A stretch of 64,000 bases of DNA from Vermamoeba vermiformis (lineage: Eukaryota): positions 1 through 64,000 of the forward strand of contig JBEWZL010000213.1 in NCBI GenBank assembly GCA_045837725.1, written 5' to 3'. The notes below the pieces were generated by a model. That model saw only the letters and a list, made by a program, of their open reading frames with translations. It ran no database searches and was not told where the DNA came from. A program made the translations under genes and the position numbers. Positions 1 through 11,787 of the stretch are shown here, one piece after another. Position 1 is the stretch's first letter. Every line of letters starts with the position of its first letter.

Positions 1-291
1 TTTAAGAAGTATTTCTGATATTATACGAACGAGTAATAGAATAATATAAAACGACCCACCCTCCCAGCCCTTTTGTTCATGTCAACAGTGTGGACGAAAG
101 TCGCTCTCAAGAAGCAAAGGCAAAAAATGTCGGACAGGCCAACGCGCGCTAAAAACCTGGCGATCTACCAGGGTTTTGTATCACGCGACTAATTTGTAGA
201 TCGGAGCGTAGAAAATAGAGGAGGTACTCCAGTAATAAAGTTTTATATTATTCTATTACTCGTTCGTATAATATCAGAAATACTTCTTAAA
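1..291. repeat. Perfect 51-bp inverted repeat (1-51 / 241-291) around a ~190-bp spacer; MITE-like element or fold-back
   Basis: 1-51 tttaagaagtatttctgatattatacgaacgagtaatagaataatataaaa is the exact reverse complement of 241-291. The left arm may extend beyond the window. Confidence 0.9.
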
Positions 292-351
292 ATCGTATTT
301 CTTTCTATTATTTTAATTTTTAATATCCTAACTATATTATTATAAATCTAG

Positions 352-2710
352 GCCGCTACTTGATCGTTATTTCCGAACGCGAATCTGTTGGAAAAATTTT
401 GGACAACGAAGTTTACAAGATTACCCGCATTCAGCTTTTGGCATACAATGAAAAGACTGAATTGGATGCTAAGCAGGTACTATTATAAGATATTATCCTT
501 ATTTAATCCACTGGGATCTTGCAATTTCATTTGCGATCTAATTTTAGTTGCTTGAACGTTTTATGATGCTTTTAATAATTTAATATATTGCCTATATTAT
601 TCCGTTAAGTCTATATTTGACTACGTAATCATTTCTAAGGCGCTTTTAATTTGAACTACGATCCCATGGGACGTTACAACAGCTATCTTAATGCACCAAG
701 TTTAAATATATATGCTAATAATATTCATAGGAGGAAGATGAACAAAAGTACTTGGCTATGATGCAAACAGTTGCTTCTTTGCCTTGGATGTACTACTCAC
801 CCACCCTCGACTTGACCAACAGCTTCCAGCGCCAAGCCGATGCGGCTTACGACAAGAACGCTCCTATGTGGAAGAGAGTAAGCTATAAATACCATTATTA
901 TGCATATAGGAGCTTATAACATTGAAATTTAATGCGAGTATGTTATATTAAATTTTTCTATTATTAGACCGACAAGCGATTCTTCTGGAACAGCTACCTC
1001 GTTGAAGAATTGACCTCTAGCCCTGAGAACGTAAGGCATAATAACAATACTAATTTTTTTATTTTTATTTATATTTGTTTTAATTTAGCTCGACCAATGG
1101 ATTCTCCCCGTCATTATGGGCTGTAAGTTTGACTCAAATAATACTCTCTACGAACATATATTAATAATGTTGATAACGTACAGTCGTCGGCGTGTCCAAG
1201 AGCACCATTCGCACGACGTCGTTCTACTTTGGTTTGATTTCTCGTCGCAATGTCAAGCGCGCAGGCACTCGTTACAACAAGCGCGGTGTCGATCAAGACG
1301 GCAATGTCGCTAACAACGTTGAGACCGAGCAATTGTTCTTCAAGACTACCGAGAGCAACAGCACTTTGTACACTTATGTCCAGACCCGTGGTTCAATTCC
1401 TTTGTTCTGGAACCAAAAAGTCGACATTAATTACGCACCCAAGCCACGACTCACTAACTTTGAGGCCGCTGTAAGTCTTACAAAGCCACACCTTATTCGT
1501 GCTAATGTGATATCGGCATTAGAAAAACGCGTTCAAGAAGCACATCGATGCCCAACAAGAGCTCTATGGTCCCAACGTGATTGTGTGCCTCGTCAACCAC
1601 CACGGCTCTGAGGGAGGTTTGCACGACGAATACAGCAAGCACATGGCTGAATTGTACCACGACTCTGCTCACAAGTAAGAATAGGACGTTACTATTATTG
1701 ACGTTGATGCACGAACTTACACGTGTTAGATTCGTTGGCTGGGATTTCCACAAACAAACCAAGGGCATGAAATTCGAAAACTTGTCAAAGTTGTTGGACC
1801 AAGTCAAGCCCGATTTGACCAAGCAAGGGTAAGTGTGTCATTTATAAGCGAATGAACTGCAAGATCTTTTTTAATGACACATGTGTACAGATACTACAGC
1901 AACAAAACTAACTCCAAGCAAACCGGCACCGTGCGCACCAACTGCATGGACAACTTGGATCGAACCAACGTCGCTCAAGGTGTGTTTGCTGCCCACGTCT
2001 TGTCCGAACAACTGCGCAAAGAAGGTCTGTTGAACGGCTCTGAGACCATCAAGGACCATCCTGCTTTCAACCACATCTTCATGAACGGTAAGTGCTCGTT
2101 AGTCACGTGACATTTGAGCTGTCATTAACATGTGTATTTGTTAGTTTGGGCTGATAACGCTGACTGCATTAGCACTCAATACGCTGGCACTGGTGCGCTC
2201 AAGACTGACTTCACAAGGTATTTTGACACGTGTCAAAGGTAAACTTAAGCGCGGTGTCTAACACCTTGTTATTGTATCACAGAACTGGTGCTCGTACTAA
2301 GCTTGGTCTCTTGAACGACGGTCTCAACTCTGTGACTCGTTACGTGCTCAACAACTTCTACGACGGTTTCAAGCAAGACGCGTTCTCGTTGTTCTTGGGC
2401 GAGTACAAACCTAGCCTCAGCCAACCTTCACCGTTCAAGGCCGCTCCCACCATGAACTCTACTGTACGTTCTTGCCTTCTATTACACTCTATGACTCGTT
2501 CTAACTCATTGACAGTTCGTGTTTGTGACGTGCATTGCCTTCTTGTTCTTCACTGGCGTGGCACTGTCGCCTGTTGGCTTCACTCGCTGGAGCTTCAAAC
2601 TGTTAGTGATGGCTGCTTGGGGTGGCGCAGTCTTCTTCGCTCGCACCTACTTGAAGAAGAACGGCAAAGCACTCGTTGACAAGCCTCAATTGGTCGCTGA
2701 CGACGAGTAG
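352..2710 (+). CDS. SAC1: Phosphatidylinositol-phosphate phosphatase SAC1 (5' exons not in window; multi-exon)
   Basis: Spliced exons give [61 protein letters not shown], catalytic [28 protein letters not shown] and two C-terminal TM segments. Stop TAG at 2708-2710. Confidence 0.95.
2224..2235. promoter_or_regulatory. Recurrent palindrome TGACACGTGTCA (also at 17359, 28839, 46664, 48402, 55992, 60161; near-matches at 18105, 28896, 31014)
   Basis: Seven exact 12-mer copies read directly, all in introns or intergenic DNA. Function unknown. Confidence 0.7.
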
Positions 2711-2998
2711 ATCCGATCACTGGTCACACGCGACACTTGTAAACATCCAATGAATAGCATTATAGTTAGCATTAGCGCCCTTGTTACTGCAAATACGGTA
2801 ATTATTATTGATGCACACGGCAAGTTAACTTTACAGGGTACTTAGCTGCTGAAGAAACTTCAACCTATCATTTGAAGGTGTTGCATCTGTGCTTCAAAAA
2901 AGATTTAACCTAATAACAGGTACGCATTTTGGTTCTACAAAGACAATTAATTTAATTTTTCTATTATTATTACAATGGTAGTAATTTCAATTTTTATA

Positions 2999-4427
2999 TT
3001 ACAACGACGTTTTGCGAGTTCTTCTCTCCCTAGAAAAGAAAGCTTGTAAGTACGTTACTTGTTTCATATATAGTATTAAATATGTTATGTAATAGATAGA
3101 ATGCTTGCCTTGGTAACTCCGGAAGCAGATCTGTCGGTACGTGGACAAAAGTGACTACATATTTTCCAATGTTAAAGGTCTTGTCGATTAACCTCTTCCA
3201 AATCGTCTTATTCTCAAGCGATAGTAATACAATTTCCTTATTATCCTTGTGTTGAGCAATATCAAAAATCGGATTCGTCGCGATCTTGTTGGTCCTGAAA
3301 AAATCTTCAATCTTATCGTATATTTTTTGTCGCGGCATAGTCGTCGGGAATCCTTGCAACAAAAACAAGTAATTCGGAGTAATCCAAGGGTTGTCTGTTG
3401 CGTGCAAGGTCTCACTGAACATTTTCCTCGTCTTTTTTAAATTTAAATCGATTTAATACCTTTCTCAATAATATAATATAGTGCCGTACCTCTTCGCTAA
3501 ATCTGTTGCGAATATTATCGGTTTGTTTTTTCTCTGGTTCTTTTAGCTGAGTTTGCTGGTGTAGCGGATCGGATTATTTGTTTTTCTTTAGCAGGAGCCA
3601 CTGCTGCATTAGTGAATTGAATTACTGGTATGACTTTAGGCTGAGCAACAAAAGGTCTATCAATTCGTTCTCTATTCACATTGGTATCGAAGTTCCTCGT
3701 CGTTACATTTTTCGGGGATCGAGAGAGGACTTGGTTATTCGTGAGAGGTATTGATACTGCTAGACCATCACTCATCTCCCTCCAATTAGTACTATTGTTA
3801 TTATTGGTGTTGTTTTCTTGGTGAATTGGCGTCCCGGGACCTTCTTCATCCGTTCTTTGAGTATGATCCGAATTGAGCTTTCGTTTCTTCTCAGGAGTTT
3901 GGTTATATTCATCGTCCGTATCGTAGTCTAATTTTCTCTTCGCGTTAGGACTTTGTACAGGCGTTCTCGTCGCCGGTTTCGGCGCTTTTTTTTCTGGCGG
4001 ATCTCGTAAGTACAAATTTATAAGATGGGAATATTTTACCTAGAATATGGTACCATAAGCTAGTAGGTGGTGTTTCTGATCGAATACTGGCTAAAGGTGT
4101 CAATACACCTAAATACTCGGAATCTTTTTTCAGCGACAACTTGAGCTGATCCGTTCGTACGCCTAAAAATATTTAAAAATCAGAAAATAATACATCACGT
4201 ACAATAGTCTAACAAGTCCTTTATTTTCAAGCGATACTGAATTTTTGTACCAATTCGAGAAATTTTTCCACCTTACCAACGAGTTCTTGCGGTGCACTCG
4301 GAAATGAGTTTGCGAAATGAGCAATACTAGTCACTAAGCTACCTACTATATACATTCCAGGTTCTTCTCGGATCACCACAAACGCATCTGGATCTTGCGC
4401 GGACTGAATTGCGTATAAGTGCTCCAT
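2999..4427 (-). CDS. Hypothetical protein, paralog A of a tandem family (ubiquitin-like N-terminus, low-complexity linker, RRM-like C-terminus)
   Basis: Exons MEHLYAIQSAQDPDAFVVI / GVRTDQLKLSL..SLWYHI / basic linker (KRKL, KKRK) / YLFLLQGFPTTM are homologous to the two neighbouring genes. The 3' end is approximate. Confidence 0.6.
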
Positions 4428-4606
4428 ATCCGCATCCAAACACTATCTTTTGCAAAAATTGGTGCTCGACAATTTAAATTTGAGTAACGACAAGTTTTCC
4501 GTCACTTTCAGTCGAAAGATATCGCGACTAAGTATCATGTAATTCATCTATTCGAATATATTTATTTAGATTACGAATACTAGAGCGCTAAAATCCGTTT
4601 ACATAA

Positions 4607-5750
4607 TCAGTATCCAGAATTACGGAACACTCGCTCGTAACTTGTTGCAATAATGTTCAACGTTTTGAACTGGATGTGAAACTGTGTTCCATCTTTTTTA
4701 TCGGTAACCGTATATGTTTCTCCTCTATACTGTTTAACCATAAACTTAGCATCACAGGCAAGAATAATTATCGTCGGATCCGTTGGATGCCTGCGAGTCT
4801 CCGCAAAACGCCCGATCCGAATAGCTTTGAGGATCTTTACTACATTCTTCACTGTCATATCCGTCGGAAATCCTTCGACGACCATTAGAGCGGACATCGA
4901 ACCAAATTGGTCCAAAATAGCTAGCACTTTTTCTTGGATCTGGCTTAAGAAGTGAGATCGGTAATCCGAATCGCTTTATCACTTACTGCGTCAGAAACAT
5001 GGTAGTCTACTAATCGCTTGCTCTTTCTGCGATGAATTATTGCATGTTTACTATCTTTCTCCTTCTTCTCGATGGCGAAATTTGTATCGTCAGATTCGCT
5101 GTCACTCTCAAGATCCGATGCACAATCATCGAATTGTAGGTCTCTTGCTTTAGCAAAACTGACACTCTCGGACATGCTTTTAGAACGGCCCTTTTGAACA
5201 GGTGTGTTTGTCTTCATAACGACCTCTATCAAGTTGTCCTCGTGAGCGGTATTGCCTTTCGTTACTTTGTTGCTATTATTATTTATTATAGGCTTCTCTA
5301 TATCGAAAGTATTAGCTTCGCTCACAGAATACGAGGGTTTATTCCTTATAACGTACCGATATGGTACCAAAGGCGAGTAATATTTTTGTCTTTCACCTTT
5401 ACTTCATCAATCAACGTTTCTAGGTCGAAATAAGGAGGCTTTTTCTCGTTCGATAGTCTCAAACTCTCCGGTTTAACTCCTATCAAAAACGCGGCAAGTT
5501 AAATTAATACAAATGACGAAATGTTTGAATAATTTAATTAAAACAGTAGTTAAATAAAGTTACCTAATAGTTCGGACGGCGCGTTCTTATTTGATGCGGC
5601 ATACTCAGCTAGATACTTAATTAAACCTGCAACAAGTACAGGCCAATTAGCCTCGCTTTCTTTGACTAGAATAAAGGCGTTCTCACTTGTGCTAGATCGA
5701 ATTAGAAATGAATGATCTTGCACGCTATTTGTTTCTGTTGTTGCAGACAT
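4607..5750 (-). CDS. Hypothetical protein, paralog B of the same tandem family
   Basis: Exons MSATT..FLIRSSTSENAFILV..APSELL / GVKPESLRLS..RLWYHI / acidic-basic linker / ALMVVEGFPTDMT. N-terminal intron positions match paralog A. Confidence 0.6.
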
Positions 5751-5820
5751 GTCAAGCTTGATTTGGCATTAAAAGGTTTTAAAGATCTTAGTTGACATTT
5801 AATTAGCTCGCGCGCTATGA

Positions 5821-5903
5821 AATTTAGTAGTAGGACAGTCATACGTTTATTTTACGGGCATATTAGAAGTTATAAATTGACACATCCGGCGAGATCAAGC
5901 TCG
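5821..5903. repeat. Duplicated ~85-bp upstream element (copy 1; copy 2 at 7384-7467), probable shared promoter of paralogs B and C
   Basis: Both copies contain tagta.gacagtc...ttattttac.ggcatat...aattgacacatcc.gcgagatcaagctcg, just upstream of the respective start codons. Confidence 0.75.
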
Positions 5904-6086
5904 GAAAATTATTGTCGGATCTTATGCTGCATCAGGATAACTGTTCTCGATTTAGCGAATTTGAGTCATTAGTCCTACATAGTTTACATACAGGTTCTTT
6001 ATTTAAAATGCCACAGCAGTGGCTGAACATCATTATTTGCGTTTGGCGCGATCCTTCGTTGCCCTAGGAACCAAACAATTAGTGTT

Positions 6087-7291
6087 TCACGAATGAGATA
6101 GTACTTTGATTGGGTACCTAAACATACGAGGCATGCTGCCCATGGGCACGCTATAAAAATACAAGGTGTCAATTTCTGGCAGGCCTGTAATGAACGTATC
6201 AGCCAGTCTTTCGTAAAGCTTCTTTGGACTCGAAATTCCGAGTAAAACAGTGCCGCTGGGTCCTCGCGCAATACTCTTGTAAGGATTTTTAGGTGGGTGA
6301 CGCAGGTTGTCCAGAATATCTTCGATAATAGTGGTGATGTCATCGGATGTCGTGTCCCTGGGAAATCCTTCAACGAGGAGGTAATACTGCGAGGCTAATA
6401 TAGCGTCTGTCTTAATAGCGTCGAGTTCCACTTGAATCTGGCGAAGAGATTCTTGGAGCTCTTGTTCAGTCTGAAAAAGTCATGCGTTAGAAATGATAGT
6501 AGAGAATCGACTGTATTGACTAGTGAATGATACTGGCGGGCAAATTGATACTGATATAGTTGCTATTAAGTTTTCAGTTACCTCGTAATTAAATTTCTGC
6601 GGATTTGGAATTTTTCGGGGTTCGTAGTACTTATCCTCGTCGAGATCTGAAGCTTCTTGTTCGTCCATATCCCCAGATCGATCATGCGCTTCTTCTTCTA
6701 CATCCATCGCATCAAATTCTTGCAAATTAGCTTCACCTGAATCGTTGGTTCTCGCACGCTCGACAGAAAAATCATCACTGTCCGATATTATCTTCAATGT
6801 AGATGGCTCTCGACTAGTGTTTGCATTTGAATCATATCCGTCCGCATTGGTGAGCTTACTAGCGTTGAAAACGCAATCACAAGAGCCTATAAAACTCCGT
6901 TTCAATTTGAGTGAAATTGATATGGTAAATCGCAGGAATTACACTTACCGAGGTGATAATATAATATAGTCGCGTCAGATCCTTCGGTGTACAGTATTTG
7001 TAAAGGATCCGCAATGTCAAGCTCATAGAAAAAAAGATCTTGTGTCAAAGATAATCGAATGTCGTCATACTTCAGGCCTGGAAAATACATTAATAGGCGC
7101 GAAATATTATAAAATAGATATTTTTTACCGCAAAGTTCCGCTGGAATGTGTTCGTCTGTCCTGGCGAGGTCACAGATCCTTTGGATCAAGTAGGCTACCT
7201 TTTTATTAAGCGGAACATCGCTAATTGTGACAAAAGCCCTCGGATTATGCGCTGACCTAATGAGCCACTCGTATGTCTCTGTAATTTCCAT
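6087..7291 (-). CDS. Hypothetical protein, paralog C of the same tandem family
   Basis: Exons MEITETYEWLIRSAHNPRAFVTI..IPAELC / GLKYDDIRLSL..ILYYHL / acidic linker / YYLLVEGFPRDTT. The 3' end is approximate. Confidence 0.6.
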
Positions 7292-7479
7292 CCTTTGGTG
7301 GACACATGTTGCAACAGAAAAAATAATTCTGATCGCAGACTTGTCAGAAGATCCTTTTACGAGTTAATGAATCAAAAATATTAAATTAATAGTAAGACAG
7401 TCGCAGACTTTTATTTTACAGGCATATATAAGGTTATTAATTGACACATCCAGCGAGATCAAGCTCGCTTCTCCAAAAA

Positions 7480-10176
7480 TTACATTATGGTACACTTCTT
7501 GTTATCTTTTGAGTTCCTTAAACTAGGAACTGAACTGAAGTCCCAAACCTAAGCAGAAATTAAAGATTAATTCTCAATACTCGATCGCGTACTGGCAAAA
7601 TAAAATTAAAATTCAAAAAAAATTAAAAGGTTTTAAATTAATATGGCCATAATAATGCTTAATACACGCGTTTAATGCATATTATGCTATTTAAATCGCT
7701 ATTTACCTTAACTGTCCGGTCCTTCGATCCAGTAATTAATTTGTCGGAATCAAATTGAAGTGATGTAACCTTGTCCTTATGTGCAGACAACTATAAATAA
7801 TAGTATTAGTATCGTTTCATAATGCTCTAGCGTTATTTTCTCCTTTAAGACTTTGGCGCCAAAAATAACGGGCGACATCCGTTTAAAAATTGCAAAATAA
7901 CTTACAGTATTAATGCAGTTGCCATAATTAAAGTCCCATATCTTCACCGATCGATCAAATGACCTATATAACAATTAATTATCAATAAAACTACTTCTAA
8001 AAATATAAACAAAATTTGTCGGATCTGATGCTGCATCAGAATAGAATTGTTAAATCAAGAGCTATACGTACCCTGATATGATCTTATTGTCGTCAAACTG
8101 CAGGCTAGTGATCCAGCCAGGCGGAAAATGACCCGTATGACCTTTTAACGTTCGGATCAATTGGCCAGTTTTCTTATCCCAAATTTTAATGTATTTATCG
8201 CCACCAGTGACTATGTAGGTATCGTCAAACTTGACCGCAGCTAGAATAATACGTATTAGTCATTAACACTACTAATTTTTCAAGGCGGCGCTAGTTGTTT
8301 CTACATCCGAAATCAATTTGTGACACAATTTCCGAAATCTTTGGCACAAATAAGCTAAAAATAAGGTCCGGCGTTTGTGTGTGAAGTATATTAAACCTTA
8401 ATTAACGATTCTACGAGCGCAAATGTGCAGAAAAGAACAAAAAAGGAATTATTTGCCAAATCCAAAGTTTGATTCGTAAAATTGGCTTAAAATACTTACA
8501 AACCCAGCCCTTATGCGCAACAATGGTCTGTTTGCACACTCCTCGCTCAGTATCCCATATTTTCATCGTTTTATCGAGTCCTCCTGAAATTATCGTGTCT
8601 CCATCCGACGCTACGGTAAAAACGTCTTTTGTATGTCCGCCTAAAATGCGATGATATTAGCATAACTATAATATACATCTATGGTATTATATTATTAGCG
8701 AGTTAGATCGTGATTACAAAGAAGTTTAACTGCTACGACAAAGCCTTGCAAAAATTATGAATTGGAGGCCTAGAATATACTTTGCAAGTCCTTATTGCTT
8801 ATAATAAGCTTATTGTTTGTGTTGGTAGTATTTTTTTTTAATATTGCGCGCGGTGACACATCCAAAAAAATCTCCGCTTGAAAAATGATTTGAATTATGA
8901 CGTACTTAATGTTCGATAGTGCTTTCCATTAGTATTCCATATTCGCACCGTCTATATTATTGTCATTAGTCCCTTTGCAAGCTGAAATGAATTCTTTTTT
9001 CAAAACGGCTTACTTGATCTTTGGATCCGCTTACGATGATGCCTTTGCCGTAGTAGAGCGAATAAATCGATTTCCTAGTCATAATTAGCATTACTTAGCG
9101 CTATATTTAGCCGACATACGTATGGCCTTTCCACGATTTAACCAAATAATTATTTCGTTCTTCAGGAAACTCGTCATTAAAAGCGAGAGTAGGGTCATCG
9201 GGAATATTCCAGACCTATATATAGTATTAATATAGTAAATATTAAATATACTGCAAACCATAATTTAAATTTTTGGGCTTTGCCGCTATTGATCCCCAAA
9301 ACCGCGTTGCGGATGTCGCCTTACTTTAATCCTTCGGTCGCGTGAACAACTAACTATAGTATTGCCTTCGAATTTAATGTCGTTGACTGACTCTAAGTGT
9401 CCGTAGAGCGTATGCAAGAGCTCTCCGGTTCGAACATTCCAAACCCGGATCTAATTTTAAAATTATTTAATTATTCGGATTTTAAGTACCTTTTTCATAT
9501 CATAATATGGACTTACAGATTTGTCAACGAATAGACTGCTCAGATCGAACGTCTCATCGTGAATACCACCACCAGCAACGATCCATCTGTCATCGAATTG
9601 AAGACATGTGATAGCTTTTAAAAAACGGAGGTTAATATTATTTATCCGATATATAAACGGGGTGTATATATATGAATAAATACAAATGAATAGGTGTTCT
9701 AATTATAGCGCGAGATCCGCACGTCAAAGGCTCAACAAAAAAGAATGCAGGCCAAATCAATGATGCAATTATTATTCCCCTTAATAAATATGCTGTATAA
9801 TATAGTATTATAATACACGTACCTTCAAATTCGTTGGACATGACCATGCTCGGCTTTATTTTGTCATAAGCCCAGTTTTCATTTTCTATTATCGTCTTAT
9901 TATAATATAAATATTTCCAACTATTTGATTTGCGTAGTGTATCGTTGGATAGATTTTGTCCATATCGTTTCACACATAAATATTTCCAGATCAGATCGTC
10001 TCGTGAAAGCCTGAGCCACTTTTTGCAAACAGAACCTGATTTCTTTAATTGAGCGTCGTCTAGGAAGCTCTGTCATAGTAATAATAACGAAATTAATATT
10101 TCAGTATTCCTGAATCTTTAAATCCTTTCGGGCATACCAACAAATAAGCCACTATTTCTTCAGGTAACTGATTCAT
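7480..10176 (-). CDS. F-box/WD40-repeat protein (FBXW/Cdc4-like), ending in a CaaX motif
   Basis: F-box MNQLPEEIVAYLLSFLD..VCKKW..LSRDDLIW, followed by several WD repeats (GHLESVNDIKF, ISGGLDKTMKIWD, VTGGDKYIKIWD, SFDRSVKIWD). Last exon VWDF..KDNKKCTIM*. Confidence 0.88.
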
Positions 10177-10697
10177 GGATGAAACGGTGGGGTAGGGGTG
10201 GTGGGGCCCACGGAATGTTGTTCTTTACTCGTTAAAGCAGACCAACAAATAAGATCGAACGCTCAGGACAAGTTTAGTGAAAAACCCAAATTTTCTATTT
10301 AAGGAAATAACGAAACAGAATCTTAATATGAGAAGTCCATTCGTATGACATCCTCACACCATTTGCCATCAAGAAGCGTCTTTTTCTTCCGATAACTGAT
10401 CGAGGTTCACTCACAAGTACATCTGCCTCAGAAAGCTTTGCCGGGCCATAGCAGTCTACCTTTCGAGCATATTCTAATTACATGCCGCAGCAGTTATTGA
10501 GCATAAAGAATCAATTTTTGACTTGGCGCCAAGACGGATCCCGCGCCTCATTTTGTTTTCTTGCCGCGGCGTTAATATACTTTCCAATATTATACTGAAC
10601 CATCCTCGACGAGATTAATATGATGCTACGTAAGATTAGTCGTATCAATGCCTTGAATTGTTACAAAAAAGGTGCGATCTACCTTGATCACACAGAT

Positions 10698-11505
10698 TTA
10701 TTTATCCACACAGTCGAAATCCTGGTCTTCTAAAAATTTGTGCAAACCTTCCTCAAATCGGGCCCAAGGGTGGTTGACTACTGAGTTCAAAAAGGCTTCT
10801 AAACCCTTTCTTCGCTCCTCAATGAATTGCGCGTCATAACGACCTGGATCGCGAGAACAAAATTAGACAAGTTAAAGGCAAAAATAGAAAGATAAAATAT
10901 GCACGCTAAAGTATCTATTATTATTATGCGTTGCAAATTGATCTAAAGAAGATCAAACGGATCGCACGAAGTTTTCAAAGGAAGGTTCAAGTTAATTGAT
11001 AAGACGTGAATATTAATATAGGACTTACTCCATCCAAATAACGAGCCGAATGTGTTTCCAGGCAAGTCAGCAATAGTCAATCGTTTTCCTTTCTCATCCA
11101 ACTTGTCTTTGAGATGGTTTCGCAACCACGCGAAATCTTTGTATCTTCGTCTTACTGAAAATTCCTTCTTTTTAAATTGAGGCAATGTAGTCTTAAATAA
11201 GCAAATTAGGCATTAGTTCGAATAAATAACAGCGTAAATAATTAGACGATTTTTCGTATTATTAAAAAAAATTATTCTCGATGCTTCTATAGCGTTATTT
11301 GCAATATGCCAATTATAATACATACAATGACATTAATTTTGTAAGTAGTATAGCTGTCTTTTCCGTTTTCTTGGTGGGTGATCGGCTCGACAACTTCCAC
11401 GTCGATGTACTCTGGAACTTGGTACTCAGACGAGAGTTTCTTGCGGTCGACCTTCTTCTTCTTTTGATCGTCTGTTTTATTGGTATTATTGTCTTGGTCG
11501 CTCAT
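10698..11505 (-). CDS. PX-domain-only sorting nexin (SNX3/SNX12-like)
   Basis: DVEVVEP..YTTYKI, FSVRRRYKDFAWLR..L, LPG, FIEERRKGLEAFLN..HP..LHKFL. Three exons. Confidence 0.88.
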
Positions 11506-11787
11506 TGTGGTGCTTTGGGACTGATCGAAAAAAAATGATCGGCGGATCCAAACTCGACCTTTCTGCGCCTCGGAACGAGGTACAACGACAGGCGAACTGG
11601 TAATATATGCTAATCAAGGTGTTCCTTCGATAATTTGACGAAGCTGCGCTGCTGGCTAGGCGCCTCAGTCGTTAAATTCAGTTATTTTTTTTTGTTCTTG
11701 TCCGTCAGACGCAACAGCACTCAAATTGCATCAAAAGTAATATTAATAAGCTAATATACATATTCTTATTCGTTAAATCCTCCTAGG

